From the NCBI GenBank assembly GCA_967797495.1, contig CBRGMI010000002.1, positions 1 to 32,890 of the forward strand: a DNA stretch of 32,890 nucleotides, given 5' to 3'. This document shows positions 1 to 7,163 of this stretch, piece after piece. The notes below the pieces were generated by a model, which was not told where the DNA came from, searched no databases, and saw only the letters and a program-made list of their open reading frames with translations. Each line of letters opens with the position of its first letter. Positions within the stretch are counted from its first letter, which is position 1. The position numbers and the translations under genes are program-made. The stretch comes from an uncultured bacterium. GTDB taxonomy: Bacteria > Actinomycetota > UBA4738 > HRBIN12.

Positions 1-151
1 GGTACCTGGCCGCACGGCTCTCGGGAGGATCGGTCGAGCATGCGCTCGAGCGGGGAGCGCGCTGCGGAGCCGAGGTGGCCTCGACGATCGGCGACACCGG
101 ATCACCCGGTGGACCAACACCGGTCGAACGAGAGAACGAAAGGAGGTCTCC

Positions 152-537
152 GTGACCAGGGATGCACGACAGCCGCCCGACGTTGCCGAACCGAAGGCGC
201 CCTACAGTCCGGTCGTCGTCGGTGGTCCCTTCGCGTACACGTCGGGGCAGGTGGCGTTCGGGCCCGATGGCACGCTCGTCGCGGGTGGGGTCGAGGAGCA
301 GACCCGTCAGTCCTCGACAACGTCGAACGATGCCTGGCGTCGGCCGGGTGTTCGATGGACGACGTCGTGAAGGTCACCGCGTTCCTCAGCGACCTCGAGG
401 ACTTCGACGCGTACAACCGCGTCTACGAGCAGCGGTTCGCGGCGCCGTACCCCGCGCGCTCAACCGTGGGAGCGATGCTCGCCGACGGGCTCCTCGTCGA
501 GATCGAGGCCGTCGCGCTCCTGCCGCAGGTTCGCTGA
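152..537 (+). pseudogene. RidA/YjgF/TdcF-family (endoribonuclease L-PSP-like) gene interrupted by a 1-nt frameshift
   Basis: SD GGAGG at 142-146 lies 5 nt before GTG152. The frame of nt 152 reads MTRDARQPPDVAEPKAPYSPVVVGGPFAYTSGQVAFGPDGTLVAGGVEEQTRQ (RidA N-half) up to nt 310. The frame of nt 310 reads VLDNVERCLASAGCSMDDVVKVTAFLSDLEDFDAYNRVYEQRFAAPYPARSTVGAMLADGLLVEIEAVA (RidA C-half) to TGA 535-537. The two halves share G310, so one base is missing from an expected cag-gtc junction. Confidence 0.75.
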
Positions 538-546
538 GACGTTCGG

Positions 547-570
547 CTCGCCGGCTCACTCGCCGGCTCA
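547..570. repeat. Perfect 12-bp tandem duplication (ctcgccggctca x2) spanning the stop codon of the minus-strand gene
   Basis: Read directly: 547-558 equals 559-570. The second copy contains the stop (tca 568-570, which is TGA on the minus strand). The first copy provides a second in-frame TGA 12 nt downstream. Confidence 0.9.
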
Positions 571-1836
571 GAAGAACGTGGCCACGACCTCGACCACGGC
601 GTCATCGTCGTCCACCATGGGGAGGAGCCGCCAGCGGTCGAACATCGAGCACGGGTGCGAGATGCCGCAGGCGACGAGATCGCCGGCCCTCAGCCGCGTG
701 TCGGCTCGGACGCGGCAGTACATGTGCTGGTCGTCGAGCTCGGTCGCCTCCACGGCGCCCTCGAGCCGGTCCACGCCCCCGTCCACGCGCCTGGCCGCGA
801 GCACTCGCGGCAGCCCCTGGTCGAACGGCACGTCACGGCGACCGAGACCGACGATCGCGAGCCCGTCCTCCGGCGTGGAGAGGACGGCACCCCACACCTC
901 GATCGCGTTGCGGAACCGGCCCTCGACCGGCCGGTCCGCGAACGGCGACGAGCTCTCGTACATCCCGGCGTCGTGCACCACGTACGCTCCGCTACGCAGC
1001 AGAAGGGCCATCGAGACATCCGATCGCATCGTGCCTAACTCCTCGACCACGAGATCGAAGTACAGGCTGCCCCCCACGCTCATCAGCGCCGCGCCGGACA
1101 GGAATCCCTCATCCTGGAGCCGAATCCCGAGCGCGCGCAGGTCGACGAGGTAGCGCCGGACCGCTTCGAGCGCTGTCGCTCCTCGATCGTGCGCGATCGT
1201 CCCCTCGTAGCCCGCGAGCCCAACGAGTGAGAGGCCTGGAGAGCTCGCGACGCGTCGTGCGAGGGCGACGGCCTCCTCCGTCCCGCGGCACCCGGTGCGG
1301 CCCCCCGCGTGGCCGAACTCGACGAGCACCGACAGGGGTCGCGGCGGGGCTTTCTCGCGCAGGACGCCCTCGAGCAGATCAACTCCTCGCGCCGAGTCGA
1401 CGTAGCAGGCGAGGTGGTGCCCGTCGCCGCGGAGGTCGTCCGCGGCCCATCGGATGGCGCCGACGTCGGTGAGCGGGTTCGCAATGAAGATCCGGTCGAT
1501 GCCGGCCGCCCGCATCACCCTGGCCTGCGCCGCGGTCGCCGCCGAGATCCCCCACGCCCCTGCCTCGAGCTGTCGCCCCCAGAGCTGCGGCGCCATCGTC
1601 GTCTTGCCGTGCGGGGCGATCGACACCCGGTGCTCAGTGCAGTACGCGGCCATCAGCGACACGTTGTGTTCGAGCGCCGAACGCCGGATCACGACGAACG
1701 GCGGCTCCAGGTCGTTCAGCGTCCAGCCCTGGGTGCCCGCCTCGAGCAACGGCACCGGGTCGGAGACCCGGGGCATCCCCTTGCTCGTCCCGTCGATCCG
1801 GACATCGCGCAGGAGCCCCGGCGCGGGGGCGTTCAT
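568..1836 (-). CDS. PLP-dependent D-serine-dehydratase-like / alanine-racemase-N-domain 'amino acid deaminase' family protein
   Basis: 422-aa ORF with strong GC3 bias. It has a PLP-lysine context IAPHGKTT in an N-terminal TIM-barrel-like region. The C-terminal D-Ser-dehydratase-like motif is GDLVACGISHPCSMFDRW. Its start overlaps the upstream GH4 stop as ATGA (1833-1836). Confidence 0.8.
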   Translation of the reverse strand: MNAPAPGLLRDVRIDGTSKGMPRVSDPVPLLEAGTQGWTLNDLEPPFVVIRRSALEHNVSLMAAYCTEHRVSIAPHGKTTMAPQLWGRQLEAGAWGISAATAAQARVMRAAGIDRIFIANPLTDVGAIRWAADDLRGDGHHLACYVDSARGVDLLEGVLREKAPPRPLSVLVEFGHAGGRTGCRGTEEAVALARRVASSPGLSLVGLAGYEGTIAHDRGATALEAVRRYLVDLRALGIRLQDEGFLSGAALMSVGGSLYFDLVVEELGTMRSDVSMALLLRSGAYVVHDAGMYESSSPFADRPVEGRFRNAIEVWGAVLSTPEDGLAIVGLGRRDVPFDQGLPRVLAARRVDGGVDRLEGAVEATELDDQHMYCRVRADTRLRAGDLVACGISHPCSMFDRWRLLPMVDDDDAVVEVVATFF

Positions 1837-3101
1837 CGCGCGAAGCGCGGAAGGTACTCGCGGCTCGCGTCGAGGATCGCGTCGAGCAGACCGGTCGCGG
1901 CGTCGGCATCGGGTCCCAGCGGATTCGCGAGCAGCGCCCTGAGCGCGAGCGATCGGTCACCCGTTACCGCGGCCTCGATCGTCAATCGCTCGTACGCCTT
2001 TGCGTGCTGGACGAGCGCGAGCATGTCCTGATCGAGCGGCGCGACGGGGATCGGGTGTGCGCCCTCGGCATCGATCCCCGCGGCGACCTCGACGACGTCG
2101 TTGTTGGCGAGGTTCGGGATCGCTCCGGTGTTGCGGACGTTCACGACCTGCGCGTCGCCGGTCCCCGACGCGAGCGACGCGACGAGCTGCGCCGCCGCTT
2201 CGCTGTAGAACGCCCCGCCACGGCGTTCGAGGAGCCGGGGCTTCTCCGTGAGCCGGGGATCCCGGTACATCTCGAGCAGGTCGCGCTCGATCCGCATGAC
2301 CTCCTCGGCGCGCGTGGTCCCTTCGACCTGACGCTCGAGCATCTCCCGTGTGCGGTAGTAGTAGCGAAGGTAGTAGGAGGGGACGGCCCCGAGCGCTCGC
2401 AGCAGCTCGGGTGGGATCTCCGCGTCCGCGCTCATCCCCTCCGGGTCGGTCTCCAGGAGCTCGGGCAGGCGGTCGACCCCGTCCACCCTCACCGCCCGAA
2501 CCCAGGACAGGTGGTTCAGCCCGACGTGCTCCAGCTCCACCCGCTCCGGGTCGACCCCCAAGCGCTCGGCGAAACTGCGCTGGAACCCGATCGCGACGTT
2601 GCACAGACCGATCGCGCGGACGTCACGATCGAGCAGCGCCTGGGTCACCAGGCCGGTGGGGTTCGTGAAGTCGACGAACCAGCACCCGGGCGCGCCCCGG
2701 CGCGCGGCGAGCTCGGCGAGCTCGAGCACGACCGGGACGGTCCGAAGCGCCTTCGCGAACCCGCCAGCGCCGGTGGTCTCCTGGCCGACGCACCCGAAGC
2801 GCGGCGGGATCGTCTCGTCGAGCAGCCGAGCAGCCTGTCCGCCGACGCGAAGTTGCACGATCACGAACGCGGCGCCGTCGATCGCCTCGTCGCGATCGTC
2901 GGTCAGCACCGCGCGCCCACCGAACCCCGCCCGGTCGAGCATCCGACGCGCGAGTCCGCCCACGACCTCCAGCCGCGAGGGATCGACGTCCAACAGCGCG
3001 AGCTCGTCGACGGGGAACCGGTCGGCCCGCCGGATGAACCCCTCGACCAGTTCGGGCGTGTAGGTGCTCCCGGCCCCCACGATCGCCACCTTCACACCCA
3101 T
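1833..3101 (-). CDS. Glycoside hydrolase family 4, 6-phospho-beta-glucosidase-like (ChbF/CelF/LicH type)
   Basis: 422-aa ORF. The N-terminal NAD-binding motif is MGVKVAIVGAGSTYTPELV. GH4 core motifs are GQETTGAGGFAKALRT, FTNPTG and GLCNVAIG. Start is ATG at 3101. Confidence 0.85.
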   Translation of the reverse strand: MGVKVAIVGAGSTYTPELVEGFIRRADRFPVDELALLDVDPSRLEVVGGLARRMLDRAGFGGRAVLTDDRDEAIDGAAFVIVQLRVGGQAARLLDETIPPRFGCVGQETTGAGGFAKALRTVPVVLELAELAARRGAPGCWFVDFTNPTGLVTQALLDRDVRAIGLCNVAIGFQRSFAERLGVDPERVELEHVGLNHLSWVRAVRVDGVDRLPELLETDPEGMSADAEIPPELLRALGAVPSYYLRYYYRTREMLERQVEGTTRAEEVMRIERDLLEMYRDPRLTEKPRLLERRGGAFYSEAAAQLVASLASGTGDAQVVNVRNTGAIPNLANNDVVEVAAGIDAEGAHPIPVAPLDQDMLALVQHAKAYERLTIEAAVTGDRSLALRALLANPLGPDADAATGLLDAILDASREYLPRFAR

Positions 3102-3109
3102 CGTTCGGC

Positions 3110-3119
3110 ATCGTACACT
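3110..3119. promoter_or_regulatory. Two overlapping divergent -10 boxes (TANNNT) serving apparently leaderless starts at 3101 (-) and 3127 (+)
   Basis: The plus strand reads atcgtacact. TACACT (3114-3119, +) lies 7 nt before ATG3127. TACGAT (reverse complement of 3110-3115, -) lies 8 nt before ATG3101. Neither start has an SD, and the two start codons are only 25 bp apart. Confidence 0.45.
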
Positions 3120-3126
3120 CCGGGCG

Positions 3127-3264
3127 ATGAAATGGTTAGGAAAGTTTCCTGACTCATTCCTCGCCGAGACCGCCGGTCAGCCAGGCGGGACGCGCTGCGG
3201 CGGACGCGAACGGGCGCTCCTCGGTGTGTCCACGAGGTCCTCGAAGGTGACGACCCGTGAATGA
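3127..3264 (+). pseudogene. 45-codon in-frame remnant of a second SIS-domain gene, paralogous to 6086-7159; possibly retained as a leader mini-ORF
   Basis: The N-terminus MKWLGKFPDSFLAETAGQP aligns position-for-position with MRSLEGLSDRFLGEIAGQP. At nucleotide level ttcctcgccgagaccgccggtcagcc matches ttcctcggcgagatcgccggtcagcc. The C-terminus GVSTRSSKVTTRE* matches GAYLRASKVTTRE*. About 310 internal codons are absent. The stop overlaps the downstream start as GTGAATGA. Confidence 0.55.
3138..3150. promoter_or_regulatory. AT-rich perfect palindrome AGGAAA-G-TTTCCT, candidate operator of the divergent sugar cluster
   Basis: 6-1-6 inverted repeat read directly. It sits in the least GC-rich stretch of the region (atgaaatggttaggaaagtttcctgactcatt). 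It lies 12-24 nt downstream of the putative plus TSS and next to the -35 position of the minus promoter. Confidence 0.4.
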
Positions 3265-3871
3265 CGGTCCACGGGCCGCGCTGACGTTCGACGCCGAGCA
3301 TCCGGATCGACCTTCCGCCGCGCCGGGCGGCACCGAGCGGATCCTGGACGCGCTCGGCCGATCGCAGGCCCGCGCGACGTTCTTCGTCCAGGCCCGGTGG
3401 GCCATGGCGAATCCGAGCCTCGTCCGTCGGATCGCGGATGAGGGGCACCTGATCGGCAACCACTCCACGTACCACGCTCGCATGACGCTGCTGTCGGACG
3501 ATGGTCTGCGCACCGACATCCGCCAGGCGGGCGAGACCATCGCCGAGCTCGCGGGCGTCGATCCGAGGCCGTGGTTCCGCTGCCCGTTCGGTGACGGGCA
3601 CGACGACGAGCGGGTCTTGCGCGCCCTCGCGGAGCTCGGCTACCGGAACGTGCACTGGCACGTCGAGACCGAGGACTGGGAACCCTGGCGTTCCGCGGAC
3701 GAGATCGGGAGCGACGCGGTGTCGGGCGCGATGCGGCATGGTGACGGGGCAGTGGTCCTCCTGCACACGTGGCCGCTCGCGACCGCCGACGCCGTGCCGG
3801 TCGCGCTCGCGGGCCTCGAGCGAGCCGGTGTCCGCCTGGCGGCGATCGACGAGCTGGAGGCGCTCCCGTGA
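3257..3871 (+). CDS. Polysaccharide/oligosaccharide deacetylase, CE4 NodB-homology family
   Basis: 204 aa. Motif 1 variant is LTFDAE, with the second Asp of TFDD replaced. Motif 2 is HSTYH and motif 3 is RCPFG. GTG3257 overlaps the mini-ORF stop. Confidence 0.85.
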   Translation: MNDGPRAALTFDAEHPDRPSAAPGGTERILDALGRSQARATFFVQARWAMANPSLVRRIADEGHLIGNHSTYHARMTLLSDDGLRTDIRQAGETIAELAGVDPRPWFRCPFGDGHDDERVLRALAELGYRNVHWHVETEDWEPWRSADEIGSDAVSGAMRHGDGAVVLLHTWPLATADAVPVALAGLERAGVRLAAIDELEALP

Positions 3872-4884
3872 GCCGGGCGGCCCTGGTCGCGGTCGACGGG
3901 GGTGGCTCGAAGGTGGACGCCGTCGTCGTGACCCGGGACGGCGCGCTGCTCGGCACCGCCAGGGTGGGGCAGTCCGACGGCGCTCGCGCCAAGGGTGAGC
4001 TCGCACCCGTGGTTTCGGCCGTCGAGGCGGCCTCTCGGAGCGCGGGCGCCGATCCCGCGCGGCAGCCCGTCGCATCCCTCGGCGTCTTCTGCCTCGCCGG
4101 CGCGGACCTGCCCTCGGACGAACGCTCGATCCTGCGACGGGTCCAACAGCACGGGTGGACCAGCGAGACGGTGCTCCGCAACGATACGTTCGCCGTCTTG
4201 CGTGCAGGGACCGACCGGACCTGGGGTGTCGGTGTCGTGTGCGGCTACGGCACCAATTGCTCGGCCGTCGCGCCGGACGGCAGGACGTACCGCTTTCCGG
4301 CGCTCGGCTGGATCGCCGGCGACTGGGGCGGCGGTTCCGACATCGGCGAGGCGGCCCTGTGGCACGCGGTCAGGTCCGAGGACGGACGAGGGCGCCGCAC
4401 GGCCCTGGCGTCCCGGGTGGCCGCCCACTTCGGGTTCCGACGACCCCGGCAGGTGATGCAGGCGATGTACTTCGGCCGGCTGCCCGAGAGCCGCGTCGCC
4501 GAGCTGCCGCCGCTCGTGTTCGCCGCGGCGGCCGAGGGGGATGCGGTCGCCACGTCGATCGTCGACCGTCAGGCGGACGAGATCGTCGCGATGGCGGGGA
4601 CGGCCATCCGCAGGCTCCGCATGACCAGGCTCGACGTCCACGTCGTCCTGGGTGGCGGGATCTTCCGCAATCGGTTCGCGCCGTTCTTCGACCGGATCGA
4701 CGACGGGATCCGGGAGATCGCACCCACCGCGTCCCTGAACGTCCTCGAGGCGCCCCCCGTCCTGGGCGCGGCGCTCTTGGGGCTCGACCGGCTGGGGGCG
4801 AACGGCCGGGCGAAGGCTCGCCTGCAGACTGCCTTGACCGACGCTTCCCTCGACCACAGACTCGAACGCGGGGAGCGGGGGTAG
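3868..4884 (+). CDS. BadF/BadG/BcrA/BcrD-type ATPase, N-acetylglucosamine-kinase-like sugar kinase
   Basis: In-frame GTG3868 overlaps the deacetylase stop (GTGA). The N-terminus is VSRAALVAVDGGGSKVDAVVV (ASKHA phosphate-1 motif) and a distal GGGIF motif is present. The ORF-track start at 3769 lies inside the deacetylase and is unlikely. Confidence 0.8.
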   Translation: MSRAALVAVDGGGSKVDAVVVTRDGALLGTARVGQSDGARAKGELAPVVSAVEAASRSAGADPARQPVASLGVFCLAGADLPSDERSILRRVQQHGWTSETVLRNDTFAVLRAGTDRTWGVGVVCGYGTNCSAVAPDGRTYRFPALGWIAGDWGGGSDIGEAALWHAVRSEDGRGRRTALASRVAAHFGFRRPRQVMQAMYFGRLPESRVAELPPLVFAAAAEGDAVATSIVDRQADEIVAMAGTAIRRLRMTRLDVHVVLGGGIFRNRFAPFFDRIDDGIREIAPTASLNVLEAPPVLGAALLGLDRLGANGRAKARLQTALTDASLDHRLERGERG

Positions 4885-4886
4885 CC

Positions 4887-6089
4887 ATGGCCAGGATCGT
4901 GCTCGATGGGGTCACGAAGGTGTTCGGCTCCGATGTCGTGGCGGTCGACGATGTGTCGCTCGAGATCGGGGACGGCGAGTTCATGGTCCTCGTCGGTCCG
5001 TCGGGGTGCGGCAAGTCCACGATCCTGCGGATCCTCGCCGGTCTCGAGGAGGTGACGGCCGGCGAGGTGGTCATCGACGATCGGCAGGTTACGGACCTTC
5101 CCCCCAAGGCGCGCGACATCGCGATGGTGTTCCAGAACTACGCGCTCTATCCGCACATGACCGTCGAGCAGAACATCGGCTTCGGTCTCAAGCTGCGGAA
5201 GACGCCGACGGACGAACGCGAGCGTCGCGTGGAGGACGTCGCTCGGATCCTCGGTCTCGACGGTCTTTTGCAACGCAAACCGGCAGAACTCTCCGGGGGA
5301 CAGCGGCAGCGCGTCGCGATGGGGCGCGCGATGGTTCGGGAGCCGGTGGCGTTCCTGATGGACGAACCGTTGTCGAACCTGGACGCCAAGCTCCGGGTCC
5401 AGATGCGGGGGCAGTTCGCGAAGCTGCACGAGCGCCTCCGAACGACCACGGTGTACGTGACGCATGATCAGGTGGAGGCGATGACGCTCGGGGAACGCGT
5501 CGCCGTCCTACGCGACGGCGTGCTGCAGCAGGTCGACACCCCTCAACGCCTCTACCAGCACCCCGCGAACCTGTTCGTCGCGGCGTTCATCGGCTCGCCG
5601 CCCATGAACCTGGTGGGCGCGACGGTCGGCGACGGCGCCGTCCGGTTCGCGGGGTTCGAGATCCCGATCCCCGGAAACCTGGATCTGACCGGCATCGAGG
5701 GACGGGACGTGATCCTTGGGATCCGACCCGCGGACCTCGAGGACGCGGCCGTCTGGTCCGGGTCGAGCCTCCCGACCATCACGGTGATGGCCGACGTCAC
5801 CGAGGATCTCGGGTCGGAGGTCAACGTCCTGTTCGCGGTCGATGCGCCGCCGGTGGAGACCGACGAGACGCTCGCCGCCTCGGAGCAGGAGGGCGAGGGT
5901 GACATCCCGCTCCTCGCCGAGGAGCGCGCCGTCTTCTGCGCACGCGTGGATCCTCGGACCTCGTGCGGTCCGGGCACGCCGATCCGGCTGTCGATCGACC
6001 CTCGCAGGTTCCATTTCTTCGACCCGCACACGGGCCTCGCCCTCTCCACGGCCTCGGTCTCGGCCACGGCCGTAGACTCGAGGTCATGA
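4887..6089 (+). CDS. Sugar ABC transporter ATP-binding protein, MalK/UgpC/MsiK type
   Basis: ATG4887 lies 2 nt after the kinase stop. Motifs: Walker A GPSGCGKST, signature LSGGQRQRVA, Walker B FLMDEPLSNLD, H-loop THDQ, plus a C-terminal MalK-like regulatory domain. The upstream 244 aa of the track ORF is an out-of-frame overlap artefact. Confidence 0.9.
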   Translation: MARIVLDGVTKVFGSDVVAVDDVSLEIGDGEFMVLVGPSGCGKSTILRILAGLEEVTAGEVVIDDRQVTDLPPKARDIAMVFQNYALYPHMTVEQNIGFGLKLRKTPTDERERRVEDVARILGLDGLLQRKPAELSGGQRQRVAMGRAMVREPVAFLMDEPLSNLDAKLRVQMRGQFAKLHERLRTTTVYVTHDQVEAMTLGERVAVLRDGVLQQVDTPQRLYQHPANLFVAAFIGSPPMNLVGATVGDGAVRFAGFEIPIPGNLDLTGIEGRDVILGIRPADLEDAAVWSGSSLPTITVMADVTEDLGSEVNVLFAVDAPPVETDETLAASEQEGEGDIPLLAEERAVFCARVDPRTSCGPGTPIRLSIDPRRFHFFDPHTGLALSTASVSATAVDSRS

Positions 6090-7159
6090 GATCGCTCGAA
6101 GGCCTGTCCGATCGCTTCCTCGGCGAGATCGCCGGTCAGCCCGACGCGATGCGGCGGGCGGCCGCGGCGCTCGTGGACCAGCGCGACGAGCTCGAACGGA
6201 TCCGGGAGGCGAGCGAGGCGGCCAGGACGATCGTGTTCACCGGCATGGGCGGCTCCTACGACGCCTGCTACCCGGCCGTGAACGACCTGGCCGCGCGCGG
6301 CGTCGCGGCGCTGTTGGTCGACGCCGCGGAGGTGCTGCACTTCCGCCGGCCGATCCTGAACGCGAGGACCCTCGCCGTCGTCGTCAGCCAGTCCGGCGAG
6401 AGCGCCGAGATCGTCCGCCTCGTGAACGAGCTCGCCAAGCAACGCACCCGGCCCTTCGTGATCGCGCTCACCAACGGCACCAACAACGACCTCGCGCGCC
6501 GGGCCGACATCGAGCTCGACACGTGGGCGGGCCCCGAGTCGGGACCCTCGTCGATGACCTTCGCGGCCTCGATGACCACGCTCTCGGGGCTCGCGCGACT
6601 GCTCGCCGGCGACAGCGTCGACACCGCGGTCGACCGGACCAGGACGGCGGCGGAGGGCGCGGCGCGGTCCGCCGAGCGACTCCTCGACGACCCCGAGGCC
6701 CTCGCGGTCGAGCTCGAGGCGTGGCACGGCGGTCGGGACGTGATCGTGCTACTCGGCCGCGGCCCGGCCCGGGCAGCGACCGAGCTCGGCGCGCTCGTGC
6801 TCAAGGAGTCCGGCGTGATGGCCGAGTCGGTCGAGGCGGGCCTGTTCCGACACGGGCCGCTCGAGCTCGCCGGCCCGGGCATGAGCGCGATCGTGATGGC
6901 CACCGAACCCGAGACCCGGCGCCTCGACCTCGGCCTCGCGGCCGATCTGGTCGACGCCGGCGCCGCCGTCATGGTGGTCACGCCGGACGGCGAGGCGCCC
7001 AAGGGCGCCCGCGCCGTCGCGACCGGCTACCTCGACCGGGCGCTGATGTCGGCCGTGGGCGTGATCCCGACGCAGCTCCTGGCGTGGCGGCTCGCCGGCG
7101 CGCGAGGTCGCACGCCGGGCGCGTACCTGCGCGCCTCGAAGGTCACGACGCGGGAGTAG
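6086..7159 (+). CDS. SIS-domain protein resembling the isomerase half of GlmS (candidate sugar-phosphate/GlcN-6-P deaminase-isomerase or deglycase)
   Basis: Its start overlaps the ABC ATPase stop as ATGA (6086-6089). SIS motifs are IVFTGMGGSYDA and VVSQSGESAEIV. The C-terminus ASKVTTRE resembles the GlmS C-terminal KSVTVE. Confidence 0.85.
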   Translation: MRSLEGLSDRFLGEIAGQPDAMRRAAAALVDQRDELERIREASEAARTIVFTGMGGSYDACYPAVNDLAARGVAALLVDAAEVLHFRRPILNARTLAVVVSQSGESAEIVRLVNELAKQRTRPFVIALTNGTNNDLARRADIELDTWAGPESGPSSMTFAASMTTLSGLARLLAGDSVDTAVDRTRTAAEGAARSAERLLDDPEALAVELEAWHGGRDVIVLLGRGPARAATELGALVLKESGVMAESVEAGLFRHGPLELAGPGMSAIVMATEPETRRLDLGLAADLVDAGAAVMVVTPDGEAPKGARAVATGYLDRALMSAVGVIPTQLLAWRLAGARGRTPGAYLRASKVTTRE

Positions 7160-7163
7160 CCGG

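Noticed and set aside
4155-4886. Upstream extensions of track ORFs (4155 for the ABC ATPase, 3769 for the kinase, 5963 for the SIS protein, 22875 for the cupredoxin protein, 26007 for the ECF sigma, 28687 for the histidine kinase)
   Set aside because: The extensions overlap the preceding genes out of frame and are Arg-rich nonsense. Internal starts give canonical N-termini and classic stop-start couplings (GTGA, ATGA, 2-nt gap) or signal peptides.
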